The position numbers were made by a program, and so were the translations under genes. DNA of 64,000 nucleotides, taken from assembly GCA_964016885.1 (NCBI GenBank), contig OZ024740.1:164796001-164860000 (forward strand), in the 5' to 3' direction. Each line of letters starts with the position of its first letter. Position 1 is the stretch's first letter. Source of the stretch: Eledone cirrhosa. Lineage: Eukaryota. Positions 50,861 to 64,000 of this stretch are shown here, piece by piece. The notes below the pieces were generated by a model, which saw nothing but the letters and a program-made list of their open reading frames with translations, was not told where the DNA came from and made no database searches.

Positions 50861-52431
50861 TTTGGCTGAATACAGTATATATACAGACTGTCCCAACAGC
50901 ATTCTAATAAATATTGCCTGTACAGGTAATCAAAGTATGCATACATTTTCTGGAACACCCTGTATATATATATAAGTTGCTTAGAAAAAAGAGAGAATAG
51001 ATACTCTTGAAGTCTCCATTGGTTTTGCTTATTTATTCCCAGGTATCTGAAAGAGCTAAACGTGTTTATGTCTAGGAAAACACTGTAAATATACGTTCCA
51101 AATTATGAGTTGATTGCTCTTTTCTTTCGTTCATACTCCCATATTTATATGAAATTTATACAAATGAAAGCTGACTAATAAATTCTATATAAAATTTTAA
51201 ATTGCATAACAGATTTCATAGAAATACATACAATAGATACTAATTAATAAATAAAGTGTGATGCAGTATAACATTATTGCCTTCTACTTCATTATTATAT
51301 AAGTATATATACTCTATCATAGGATAAACCACTTCAATTGTAAAATGGGAAAGAAAGAATCATTTTAAAGGAAATTATATATCTAAGATCACATCACTCG
51401 GAAAAGAGAAATTGCTGTGAAACTTGTATGTGAAATGACTTCCTTTCCGTACCCATGTTAAATTCATGTATTTTACAACTATGGAGAGGTTCTTGTGTGT
51501 TTTCATCAGATATGTTTAAGGCATATGTGATTATCAGTTTGCACTCGCGGGCACCAGAGACATAGATTTTTTTGAGAAGGCAAAATATTGATACTATGGA
51601 GCACAAGGGCCGTTTATATTGAATTGGTCCCTTTGTACTAATGAAAGATTAGAGGATATCAAAGCGAATCTGTATGATGAGCCTGTATGTTGAAAGCGTG
51701 CCTCCAGCACAAACCAATGGTGCGGCTTAACAACTATTTAAAGTCCTCTTTGAATATTCGAGAAAAATTAGGGAAGGAATACCCTGTTTCACTCTCAATG
51801 GATAAAATCAATATAAGTTGGTGCATATGTTTTTGAATTTGTGAAATGTATGCTATAAACTTGGTCTGCGGTGTTTGCAGTCGTATATGTCTCTCAAAGA
51901 CTGATCTAATTAGCTACGTAGGAATTCGAAAGGCAGGATAATATTATGTTTAGAACTGAAATTTCATATAAAACATTTCCACACACATATTTTAGATAAA
52001 TATATATAAACTAGAACACAAATTATATTAACGTCATACCTCATTAAATCATGTATAATTATGAAAACATATTCGGATTCCATCCCATTTATTACACAAT
52101 ATGATGCTTATTTTTTTGACAAGTGCAGAAAAACTAACCATGCCAGAAAAAGTTTAAAAAGAAACAAAAAAAAAAAACCAAAAAATTAAAGCAAGTCGTT
52201 CCTTCCTTTTTTCATAAGATAAAATGTTGAATACTTTGTGTTGTGGTGAAATTTGCGACGTCTTTACAAAAATTGAATTAGTTTGAACTAACAACACAAT
52301 GGGTTTTCAACTATATGTGAAGAAATATACACAATATCATGTGATCTGATAACTTATAAATATATACACGCAAACATATATAGGTGTTGATATATATATG
52401 ATGTATATAACTATATACATGTATATATACA

Positions 52432-52571
<140 letters not shown>

Positions 52572-52614
52572 ACCACGGGTTGAGCGCATCAAACAGTAGC
52601 GGACTTAAGTCACT

Positions 52615-55286
52615 ATGGAAAAACTAGCAACCTTAGTGTCACTGAAGGACATCCCCCTACCTGACAAACGAGAATACACGAGTGATCTCATCAAGAGTAC
52701 GGACTCCCTCGTCCGTAGGATGAGATCGAAGGCGTTCCACTTCCAAAGAGGAACGCATAAAATTACCAACACACAAAACATGGAGTACCTTTTTCGATCA
52801 AGGAGGAACCCCCCCCCCCCACATAACAGACTAATGGAGGAGTTTGAAAACGAGATGATTAACATCATATCCAACCTCAAATTCTTCGGAAACCCAACCA
52901 GAAGTCAGGAGTACCTCAGAGACTTGAGAAACCGGATTACAGTACTTGAAGAGACAACTGGAATACTTGTCCATGCTGACAAAACCAACAACCTCTATAA
53001 CATGAACACTGAACTGTATAATAAGGTAATTCTCAGGGAACTGAGGAAGTGCTACAAAAAAAACACCTGGATCTACCCTGGATGAGATCAATGCCACAGC
53101 TTACAGGATTATATCTGGACTCAGTATAGAGGACAAGACGGCCCCATACAAACGAAGGGAGCCGCGGATTACCCTGAAAGATCACAAGCCAAACTTTGAG
53201 TCCGACCTCCCTGTCAGACTAATAGCCCCCTCCAGATCTGACCTAGGGATCGTCAGTAAAAGACGATAGGATTTTGCCCAAGCTTCGGAAGAAAACTAAA
53301 TTACAGCAATGGTCATGCACGGGAGAGGTAATAGAATGGTTCAAGATACAACATGAGAAAAGTAAGACCAGCTTTATACAACTGGATATCGCAGGCTACT
53401 ACTCCTCAATCTCACCCATAGTACTCAATAAGGCCGTATTTTTAGCGATGTCCAACACGGACCTAACCCGAGAGGAGGTGAGCATCATCCACGCCGCAAG
53501 AAAGACCTTAATCCGTTTCGATGGAGACCTTTGGACCAGGAGTGATTGGCCAAATAACTTAGACATCACGATGGGCTCCAGCGACTCAGCACAGGTAACG
53601 GACCTGGTTGGGCTCTTCCTGCTGAAGCAGATAAAAGATGAAATCCCCTGCCTGGGCGACGGATTATATAGTGACGATGCTCTCTTCACAGTATATGACC
53701 ACAGCACCAATATGTTGGAGGGAATGAGAGGCGTATTCGCCATTTCTTTAAGAACCAGGGGCTCAATATAGAACTAGAACCAAATAGAAAGGTAGTTAAC
53801 TTCCTAGACACCACCCTAAACCTGAACACCGAATAATACTACACCTACCACAAGCCCAACGAGAAACTTGTGTATGTTAACGTCAAGTAAGACCACCCTA
53901 GATCCATAACCAAGGCCGTGGTGAAAAGTGTCTCGGACAGGATCTCCAGTCTGTCCGCAATAAAGGAAATATTCGATAACAACGCGGAATATTACAACGC
54001 AGCTCTAAATAAGGCGGCACATGGACAAAATATAACATACAGTCCGAAACGCCGGGATGGGGATGGCCCAACGGACACCCACACCAGCGTTGCCCAGGGG
54101 AGGGGGGGGCGAACCCTAACAATACAGGTAGTACAAAAACAAATAAGCACCATTAGCCCGACACCACCACACGGGCGTTAGTGACGAGTACGCTTAACGA
54201 TGGGATGAAACCCAATATGAGTAGCAGTCTCAGGGGTGATGCTAACCACCCCGGGCCCGACGACCCCAACTGCAGGACACGGGGGGGGGGCACACCATGG
54301 TCCATGGTAGATCTCCCAGCGCGGGCAACAACTACCCCACAGATTCGGGCCGTGAAGATATCAAAACGCATAGCGCCCAAAGGGGAAGCAACAATGCGGG
54401 AACCACCAGCAACCCAACAAATCTCCAACAACACACGACGCCCCCGACCCATACATATAGGAGGAGACACAGGAAAATCACGAGGTACAACCCACCCTAC
54501 TCAGCGGCCCTAAAGAACAGCTTGGCCCATCATTCTGTGGAGTACTTGATAAATGCTTCCCGAGGGACCATAGATACCACAAGATCTTCAACAGACACAC
54601 TGTGAAGCTCTCGTATTCCACCACGAGAAATCTGGCCCAACACATAGATAGTATCAACAGTAGTAGGCTTAAACACCCCACACAACCAGAAGATGGCAAT
54701 ACAAGCACTCAGCAGAACATGTGAAAGGGGGGAAGGGGGATCCCGTGCCCACCCAAGAAACCCAAACAGACCTGGGGAACCCCCACCGCGCCTGGGGGAA
54801 GACCACCTTATTACACTTAACGGGAACCCCAATCTAGGCACGCAGAGGTCGACCACCCTCTGAAAATGCAGAAACCCCGAATCATGCACCCTTGGTAATG
54901 AATGCCTTAAGAAGAACCTAGTATACGGTTGTAGGATTAAAACCCCCCAACTCCGAACACTTCTACATAGGAGCCACATCAACGAGCTTTAAAGACCGCT
55001 GGTATAACATCGCCATTCCTTCAATAAGGAGGCCAAAAGGAAAAGTACGGCTCTCTCCGACCTGATCTGGAATCTTAAGCTGGACAGGACCCCGTACTCT
55101 CTGGCCTGGTCCATAATCAGGAAAGTACCACCAGATAAAGAGGGATCTTGCATATGCAAGCTATGTCTGAACGAGACCCTCGAGATAATAAGAGGTGGAA
55201 GCGGTCTGATAAACCTCAGAACCGACTTCTTCGGGACATGCAGACACCTCAGGGCCGGGACCTTCCTCAAGATATATGAACAGTAG
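52615..55286 (+). pseudogene. PLE ORF (RT-GIY-YIG) with several frameshifts and stops
   Basis: ORF pieces 52615..53085, 53274..53771, 53918..54181 and 54297..54605, plus manual translation of 54861-55286 ending in TAG. Confidence 0.85.
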
Positions 55287-56637
55287 CAACACAATAAGAT
55301 GTGAACTCCCCTCAAGCTATAGGGACTTCTCCAGAACATGTAGACACCTCCCGGCCAAACCTCCCTCAAGCTATATGGGCAGTAACAACACCATAGGTTG
55401 GGAACTCCCCTCAAGCCATAGGGACCAACCCAGGCTGAGCAGACACCATGATAGCCTAGAGATTGATTCTGACACAGCCTTTATAATTTGGCCAACATCT
55501 TTATAACACACACACATTTTAATTTACCTGATGTTTGATTTTTCAATTTTGATTTCTCATTATTCATTTGTTATTTGATTTCTGTTTTCTTCACTTTATC
55601 ACCTTATATTTATATTAAGTTGAGATTGGTTATAACACACACACATTTTATTTGATTATCCTATTTCGTTTTATTCTTTTACCATTGTGTACCTCCTACC
55701 AATCTATCCAACATATTTCTGACCTTGAGATTGGTTATAGCACACACACATTTTATCTTATTTTATTCGAATCTTCATTTTATTTTTGACTTTTCATTTT
55801 CATTTTTCATTTTCCATATTCACTTTTCATTACTTTTTCATTACCTTTTCATTAATTTTTCATTTATTCTCTATCTATTATTTATTTTCTGTTTACTTCA
55901 TTTTATTGCCTTCTATTTCTTCATATGCATATGGCAGACCCCCCCCCCCCCCCGCCACCACCACCACCACTACGGGAGATGGTGGCAGGAGGGGTGAAGA
56001 AACACACACACAGATACTTCTAAATTGTCAGCAGCAGCAAGATATAAGCTGACCACAACACCAACAACACTACTAAAATAAGGGTAGAGGTATGATGTAC
56101 TTAACAGTAGCAAACACAAACACTACAGGGAGCCTCACCCCAGAAATTATGTCTATAGACTTTGGACTGAGGAATGCTCTCAAAACTGACCAATGGGAAG
56201 TTTGACCTTACAAATCTTTATTACATTTAGATGGGTATAACACACACACATTTTATTCGATTATTTTATTTTATTTTGTTCTTTTACCATCTTATTCCTT
56301 CTACCACTTTATCACACTTTTTTTTAGCTGACTCCAACAATAACACCACTACCAACACAAGAATAGAGGTCAGATGTACCTAACAATAACAAGAACAACA
56401 ACTACAGATTGGCTTGCCTCAGAACGAATTTCTATAGACTTTTGACTGAGGAATGTTCTAACAACTGACCAATGAGAGGAGAAGAGGCCCTTTGACGCTG
56501 AAATTCGTTTGTTTGAATTCATATGATTCCAGTTCCTCAGTGAAATAACAACCCAACCAGGAACTGGGCATATCAGAGTATTGACAAAATTATACACCTC
56601 AACAACATGTGTACTCTTCTCTACCACACTAATTCGG

Positions 56638-56692
56638 ATTGCCTGAAGAGGTCACAGTCAAAGATGGCTGTCACCGAAATATATATAGCAGT
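56638..56692 (+). ncRNA. Minimal type-I hammerhead ribozyme in the PLE 3' pLTR
   Basis: ATTGC-CTGAAGA-GGTCACAGTCA(AAGA)TGGCTGTCACC-GAAA-TATATA-TA-GCAGT, followed by AATAAA. Confidence 0.9.
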
Positions 56693-56854
56693 AATAAACG
56701 AAGCCAAATTTTAAACATTTGACTTATTTATTTTATTTTATTTTACATTACTCTGGAGTAACTAAACTAACCTGCGCACTTCGTCGAGTGCTCCAACCTG
56801 CACACTGAGCTGTTGGTATACAACCAACATATACTCAAAATTTATATACATATA

Positions 56855-57046
56855 TCCGCTCTCTTGCTCTGGAACCCTGACTCCAGCCTGACTAGGAGTA
56901 GGAAGCTGTCATTCCCTGACGTTATCTCTAGGGATACGGGAATCAGCAGACAGGACCTGGGGGCAGCGATGGGGGACAGGGGATTCTGGGGCATGAGAGT
57001 GAGATCCATCATCTCGACAGTAGTCGACGAGTGATGATGATGATGA
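56855..57046 (+). mobile_element. RTE-clade LINE 3' end with (TGA)n tail
   Basis: LLLWNP...RKLSFPDVISRDTG....L..AM.DR..W, then stop and TGATGATGA. Confidence 0.8.
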
Positions 57047-57091
57047 TATATATATATATATATATTTATAAAGTATATGTCTATATATATA

Positions 57092-57325
57092 GGCACGTGG
57101 CCTAGTGCTAAGGGTGTTGGAATTTCGATAATAATGTCATGGGTTCGATTCCTAGGTTGCGTGTTGTGATCTTGAGCAAAACATTTCATTTCACATTGCT
57201 CCAGGATACTCATCTGAAAATAAGTACCAGTAATAGCTGTCCAGGGAAAAGTCTTGTACTCCCAGTCGCTTCACGCCATGAAACCGGGATAAGCCTCGGT
57301 GAAATGAGCTTTCTGGCTTAATGCA
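57092..57325 (+). mobile_element. tRNA-derived CORE-type SINE (OR2-like)
   Basis: A box TGGCCTAGTG, B box GGTTCGATTCC, and GTGATCTTGAGCAAAACATTT...CTCATCTGAAAAT resembling the CORE domain. Confidence 0.65.
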
Positions 57326-57330
57326 GACTT

Positions 57331-57397
<67 letters not shown>

Positions 57398-57599
57398 ATA
57401 AACATATATAGGGAGAGGGGTGGGACAGAAGCTGACAGTTGTAGCCATGATGCTCAATCCTCACCACCTAACAGATAAGCTACATGTATAAAAATAATAT
57501 TATTGTTTCTACTTTTGGCACATAATAACGTTTGGTTCTATACGAAAGCTTCAAAACTCGTGAACGAAGAGCTTTATAAGAGTAAAAATTGTCATGGTG

Positions 57600-58280
57600 T
57601 TTTTCAAACATTTCTTGGCGTATCTATTCAATGAATCCGGCGTTAGCATCGATGAATGTTTCAATACGAATTCTGAAACTTTGACTTATCCTTTATCTAT
57701 TTTAGACATTGTACTAATCATGGCACACGTCAGAAAAATTTGTAGTGTTATGCAAGAGTTGATAGTTTTCCCTCTCTACTGCTCACCGTACACTGTAGTC
57801 CAATGGAATATAGTCTGGAGAGCTAGGAGCCAATCTGTTTGGGGCGACGTGAGCATGGCGTTTGTAACTCATTCATTCTTGAGTCGCCTTGACCATATGA
57901 GGCAGCGCAGTCATGTTGGTAGATGTACGCTCTTTTTTTGCTCATGCTCTCTCGCCAAGGCTTAACAACTCTCTCCAACACCCCTTTATACTCAGCAGCG
58001 TTGACCCTTAAGCCTTGAGAAAAGAACTGAGGAGGTGTGACATCTCCCTCGCTGCTCTTGACATCCAGAACCATCTACAAATATCGGGAACTTTGAGTGC
58101 ATAATCATTGGAACGTATTTAGAGTACATCTGCTATTTCTTTGGTCGACCTTTTTGTTCTGATCACAATTTTTCCCATCAGAGGAGAAAAGCCAAAGAAT
58201 TCCTCAACTACGATTTGTCTCTCCTGTGTATGACGTTGTCTCATTTCTGCATCATCCCTCTGTACATCGTATCCTATAGT
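57600..58280 (-). mobile_element. Tc1/mariner (maT/DD37D-like) transposase relic
   Basis: WLFSSDGKN.DQ..KV.QRN, GLRVNAAEY..VLERVVKPW, YIYQHDCA and PSSPDYIPLDYSV. Confidence 0.8.
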
Positions 58281-58825
58281 TTCTGGATTTCAGTATATCT
58301 GTGGGATGATATTACAGACTATAAAGTTTCTATCACTACAGGGGATTTTCCTAAAGGGGAATGTCCTACTGATTAGGTACTTTATGGTCGCTCCTGGTTT
58401 TTCTACTACTTTAATACAAGGTTCATTTTATCTAAAGCCCCTTTAATGGTACGTTAGCTCGTCTCTAGGAGTAGTATTGACGAACACGACACTCTGGTAT
58501 GTTTGGCTGTCTAACCATGACATGGCTTTCCCTATCTTTTTCTTACTCTATCTTTTTCTATGCTATTCCATTATTTGCTCATATTCGTATCATTCTCCAT
58601 AATGGTTTTTAATATAGCCGTAGCTCTTTGGTAAAGCCATAAAGTGAGAGATATATAGATATACATAGATACACACACGCACACACGCATACACACCCAG
58701 ATATATTTTTTCCCAGTCTCCTTCTCAATAAGGAAGATGAAGAAAAATTTACCTCAACTTTTAATTTTAAATCTTTAATTTTTAGTCTTTAATCCCTTAA
58801 TAATTCTTTTTAATTGTAATACTCA

Positions 58826-58872
58826 ACATTTGATGAGATGAATTTTACTACTACATCGAAACCGGTTATATA
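58826..58872 (+). ncRNA. Decayed hammerhead motif
   Basis: (T)TGATGA-GATG...CATC-GAAA-CCGG-TT; core C3 is mutated and stem I is poor. Confidence 0.45.
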
Positions 58873-59073
58873 TTTGTATACTTTATATACTTTATATACA
58901 TTATAAAACTCTTTTTTTAAAAGAATTGTCGCTCTCATTTTTTTCACTAATGCCACTTTGACGAATCAAAGAAAAGGAAAAGAAAAACGAAAAACAAACC
59001 CTTTCAGGGCTATTTCCAAATTCATCTTCTCTCTACTGTTTTGTATAGAACCTTACTTCCCTTTTCATATATT

Positions 59074-59108
<35 letters not shown>

Positions 59109-59114
<6 letters not shown>

Positions 59115-59457
59115 ATGATATTAATAAATGGAAACTATATCTATAAAACCATATTTATTCTATTATATATATTGCAAGGGTACTAAAACTTTCCAGGAAA
59201 AACTTGAACCGTTAAGATCTTGTTCCTGGATATGTCGATATTTAAAACAAACTCTATATTTTATCTGATGAGGGCGTACCAAAGTTTTGGTATCCTTGAA
59301 ATATATATAATAGAATAAATATGGTATTATAAATATAATTTCCATTTATTAATATCATTGATATTATACTCCAGAAAAATTGTCGAGTGCTTCGAATCAG
59401 TTATAAATATATATATTTGTTGAATTACCAACAAATTAAATATCCCTTTGCTTATAT
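59109..59457 (+). mobile_element. Penelope-type terminal fragment with an upstream inverted partial copy
   Basis: 59109-59192 is the reverse complement of 59281-59364; TA-flanked; contains a hammerhead. Confidence 0.75.
59258..59316 (+). ncRNA. Minimal type-I hammerhead ribozyme
   Basis: ATTTTAT-CTGATGA-GGGCGTACCAA(AGTT)TTGGTATCCTT-GAAA-TATATA-TA-ATAGAAT. Confidence 0.85.
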
Positions 59458-59473
59458 AGATGTGTATATATAT

Positions 59474-59843
59474 ATATAATATAAAACGAAAAATCAGTGA
59501 TGCATCTGAACTCAATTTAATGCGTGTTACAATTGTTTCGCCGGCGGACAGCTCGAGGCGCGATCATTGTGTGGATCTGTCTGATTCTGGACCGATGGTT
59601 CGACGGACACGTCTAATGATTTTGGAGCATATTCTCTCACTGGGGTATCTGATCTTCTGAGCCAGTACCGTCAAAAATGTCATCCTCTTCGCGCGTCCTC
59701 TGATTGTCCGCTGGTTGTCAACGTCATCATAATTCTGACCACAGGTACCAGTCCGCTGACCATCAGGGCGTTAGCTGTCCCATGTCTGCTACACTTCAAT
59801 AAATTACTGCTGTGTTTGGCAGTTCACCCATCCACGCGCGCAC

Positions 59844-59913
<70 letters not shown>

Positions 59914-60211
59914 ACATAGATAACGACAGTCGTACGCATAGACGCCCGCTATACACACACATTTAAGGAGAACATATAAACATATAAACATACGCATACA
60001 TGCATCCATTTCGCCGGCGAAACAATTGTAACACAATAAATTGAGTTCAGATGCATCACTGAATTTTCGTTTTATATTATATCATACTCTGCTCTGTAAG
60101 AGCATAGAGTGCTCAACCGGCATACCATATATACATATATATGTGTGAGTGTATGTGTGTGTGTGTGTCTGATGGTAGCTAAGATGCTTCCATAAGCGGT
60201 ATGCCGGTTGA

Positions 60212-60214
<3 letters not shown>
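59474..60214. mobile_element. Penelope-type fragment with inverted arms (59474-59546 / 60012-60082) and a 17-bp inverted repeat (60110-60126 / 60198-60214)
   Basis: The arms carry the 3' half of a hammerhead (GAAA-CAATTG-TA-ACAC); internal (CA)n; TA flanks. Confidence 0.6.
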
Positions 60215-60259
<45 letters not shown>

Positions 60260-60375
60260 ATAACGAAACGAAATTAAATTTCGTTTCGCTTTAACTTAAT
60301 TGTGTATATCTATATATATATATATATATATAGTGACGAAACAAGTCAATTGCATGAACTCAAAATCCTGTATTT

Positions 60376-60431
60376 ACTGCTATATATTTTTCGATGATAG
60401 CCATTGAATGGCTATGACCTCATCAGGCAGT
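60376..60431 (-). ncRNA. Minimal type-I hammerhead ribozyme, related to 56638-56692
   Basis: ACTGC-CTGATGA-GGTCATAGCCA(TTCAA)TGGCTATCATC-GAAA-AATATA-TA-GCAGT. Confidence 0.85.
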
Positions 60432-60494
60432 TAGTCAGTTCTTAGATATGCCAGCTCTGTGTTTATAGTGTTAATGGTATCAGAGCCTTGGGAC

Positions 60495-60531
<37 letters not shown>

Positions 60532-60588
60532 ATATATAATATATATATATTTCTATTTATATATATATATATATTATATATATATATA

Positions 60589-60778
60589 TAATTGTTTCTA
60601 CTTTAGGCACAAGGCCAGCAATTACCCAGTGCATTACTGGCACTTTATTTTATCGACCCCGTAAGGATGAAAGGCAAAGTCAACCTCGGCGGGATTTGAA
60701 CTCAGATCGTAAAGGGACGTAACTATGCTGGAAAGCATGGCGTCCGACCCTCTACCGATACTGCCAATCCACCGCCCT
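60589..60778 (-). mobile_element. Full-length Nin-SINE inserted in (TA)n
   Basis: Runs from GGGCGGTGGATTGGCAGTATCGG to GTAGAAACAATTA. Confidence 0.92.
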
Positions 60779-60789
60779 AAATCCACCAC

Positions 60790-61112
<323 letters not shown>

Positions 61113-61553
61113 CTGGGCTATGTGATAGTATATATAGCTATTTCAAAAGTATTGTCTTTATTACAAGAATACAAAATTTAGTTCTTGCCATGTAAACAAT
61201 AGTGTCTTTTATGTCACTAACATAATTACCTATTTTATATATTTGCATTTGATGTTATTGTTTTTCAAATACCCCCGATATCAACACTATATAAGGTAAG
61301 TAGAGAAACAGATGGGAAATCTTCCAGGTGAAACTTCCAAGTTAAACGTTTCAACAAGCTGTAATCATCAAAGATTAAACAGCGTACTTGATCATAAATT
61401 TTGGATGTATAGATTTCAGACATACAACAACAAAAACAATGGTGTTGTGTCTGGCGATTGATCTATCAGTTTTAAGCTATACCAGCAAGGAAGATAATTG
61501 ATATTGTTACTTCATTCCACAAACTACCTGATGTATGTATATAAGTATGTATG

Positions 61554-63572
61554 TTCTTCTGGTTTTATAATTTCACAAATTTTTACCAAAAGAGAGAGAG
61601 AGAGTCGGTTTCTAACATAGTTACAAGACTCTCTCATTGGAATTTACACAACATCAACTAAGTAGATATGTCTGCATGTCTGCATTCATGCATGTGTGTG
61701 CAGGTATGGATGTTGTTGTATGTGCGGATGTGCATGTTTTGAGTTATATGTTTGCATGTGTATATTCTTTGTATCAGTACATGTGTACAAGGAGTTATTA
61801 GATGCAGAATCTTTGGAATGTATTACATATATTTAATGCTCCATTAATGGATTGTACTTTTAATTTCCTAATTAGTCGTATTCTTTCTGTTTCTGTCAAG
61901 CCCAGCCTTTCAAGATTTGTACTGAGGCAGTTAGTAACATATCTCTGTGCCCCACATGTATAAATCTGAAGGTATAGTCAGGGTGGAGTATCTGCAGTTT
62001 TCTAATTAGTTCTGCATATATATATATACTATTTTGCGTTGATTTGCTGTTCTTGGATTGCAAAAGCGTCTCCTTCAAAGTGGGAGCCAATATAACGGTT
62101 GTTGGTCTAAGATAGACTACTTTGCTTATCTACCTTACTCTCACTCTGGAGCTTCCTGGCAACATATCCATGCATGATATTTTGTTGATAAGCATGCAGC
62201 TTTTCATCCATGGATTTAGTGCGGTATTGCTGGGCAATTTCCCAGGGTGTGAGTTTTTGATTATCATGCAAGGAGTATCTTTCAAGGAGTTCCTTCCCAA
62301 CTATCATGATCTTGTCTGTCTCATGCAGACAGGCTTACTTAATAGATGGGCTCCTACGCTGCGATGCTCTTAAATGTTATTAGAGGGATATGATGCGACA
62401 TTGAAATGCTGTTTAGACTGATGTTAGGCCTCTGCCTCCTTACTTAGGTTTCTATGTCAATGTTGATGTGGAAGTTTCCTCTGTTGTTAGAATGTTTCGA
62501 GTCTTAACTTCAATTGTTCGGATTTCGTCTTTCGTCCAATCGAGTATTCCAAACGTTGTTGTTAGGACAGGCCCAGCAACCATATTGTGAGCCACTGTTT
62601 TATTGTGCGCAGAGAGTTCCGATGACGATATTGTTTCTTAACCGGATGTAAAATTCCCTGGTTATGCGTTCCTTATTACAGATACCATCATAGGATATAT
62701 TCTCATGTATCATCAGGTATCTGTAGCAGTCTTCATCAGATATCCGTGAAATAGTTAGGCCATTGATAAAAATGTTACTACAGTGGGTTGCAGTTTTTCC
62801 CCGCTTTATGAAAATTTATCTTGGCGAAACTCCTTTGTGAATGTTGTAACCAGGTTCAGATTGTTCTTCATCCCATTTATATTCTTGGCATAGAGTTTCA
62901 GTTCATCCTCAGAAATCATGGGTTAAGTTCGTATTTGTGTCCTCCTTTGAGCCAATGATGTATCCTTCACATTTCTTGAGCAGTAAGGACAAGGGGTTTA
63001 ATGACAGGATAGATAGTAGCACAGAGAAACTGAAATATACCCCCTGTGATATTCTATTTTGTCAATGAAAATTGAGTCCTACTTCTCTGTTTTTAACTTT
63101 TGGGTAGTAGCCCAAGGAGAAAACAGCTTTTCTATGACTCTGATAATGTCTGGGATTTAGCAAGTCGGAGGGCCTCTATCATCCAAGAGTGGGGAACAGA
63201 ATCAAATGCTTTCCTGTAGTCCAGCCAGACTGTAGCCATATTCCTCCTAAGTTGTTGCAAGCCCGACATCGCAGCTTTGTAAATTAGGAGTTGTTCAGCA
63301 CATCCCCAAACATCTTTCTGTCCAGCTACTTGTTCATCTTTGATGTTGTTCTTATTTTCACAGTGATCTTGGAGAAATAGGTTCAGGCAGGCTGCTTACA
63401 TTATACAACAGATTCTGGCATGCAATGGTACGGTAGCTTTTTGCCAAGTAGGTGTCTTTCTTCTTGGGGACCAGTATTGTTTGTGCTAATGTCAACCATT
63501 CTGGTATATGTGCATCTCCCTTCAGGGCTTGCTGGTAGATGTCAATAAGATACATCCGATAGAAAATCGGAG
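61554..63572 (-). mobile_element. 5'-truncated, decayed R4/Dong-like RLE retrotransposon (family C), flanked by (TATG)n
   Basis: IPEWLTLAQTILVPK..YRTIAC.N, GCAEQLL, WLDYRKAFDSVPHSW and YAELIRKLQILHPDYTF; ORF ends near 61797. Confidence 0.8.
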
Positions 63573-64000
63573 GTATGTATGTATGTATGTGGTCTTTATC
63601 TCTTAATTTTTGCTTTATTTTGACCAGCCACCTTTCCGGGTGTGAGGTTGTAAAGCATATGAAATGGTTGTCCTACCTGTGCAATCGGTGATCCTTTAAA
63701 TTTTTGACTTTTACATATTTAAAAGGTTCTAGATATCGCGGCTATTTGTACCGTTCTATTTATGGAGCGGCGTTCTTTCTCCACAAATTCAAGCTCAGTC
63801 ATATTTGATCCAGGTGTGCAGTATATAAACTATAGCTCCAATAATAATTGGTCATTCTTTACATTCTGGTCGATTGTTAAGACAACAAAATAATGGTAAA
63901 TTCCATCAGCCTCACACAGGTGTTTTTATACTAAATTGTTAGATTAATTTTCATAGTAAAAAGTATGTGCGTTGAAGCCTCTAACACTAAGTTAATTTTT

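Noticed and set aside
51700-51745. CCAAT followed by TATTTAAA as a core promoter
   Set aside because: Such short motifs are expected by chance in AT-rich DNA, and there is no downstream gene evidence.

Overview
Eukaryotic, AT- and microsatellite-rich intergenic or intronic DNA. The SINE families point to an octopod cephalopod (inference). I can support no intact host protein-coding gene. (1) Bases 1-22.3 kb are a dense array of non-LTR retroelements strung along one (ATT)n/(TAA)n microsatellite and sorted by strand. R4/Dong-type RT-RLE elements all lie on the minus strand with (TAA)n tails. Tx1-clade elements (gag-like ORF1 plus APE-RT ORF2) and a tRNA-derived Nin-domain SINE lie on the plus strand with (ATT)n tails. 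The SINE and the Tx1 elements share the terminal motif CCTTGTG-N8-AGAAA-NN-(ATT)n, which suggests a LINE/SINE partnership. Two junctions join a Dong 3' end head-to-head to a Tx1 or SINE 3' end with no microsatellite between them. (2) Bases 22.3-64 kb hold dispersed SINEs and relics of CRE, RTE, Tx1, Harbinger-like and mariner (maT-like) elements. They also hold a near full-length but disrupted Penelope-like element (Hydra-clade-like), several Penelope-type terminal fragments with minimal hammerhead ribozymes next to (TA)n, and a third R4/Dong-type element flanked by (TATG)n. All alignments and folds were done by eye, so coordinates are approximate to within a few bases.
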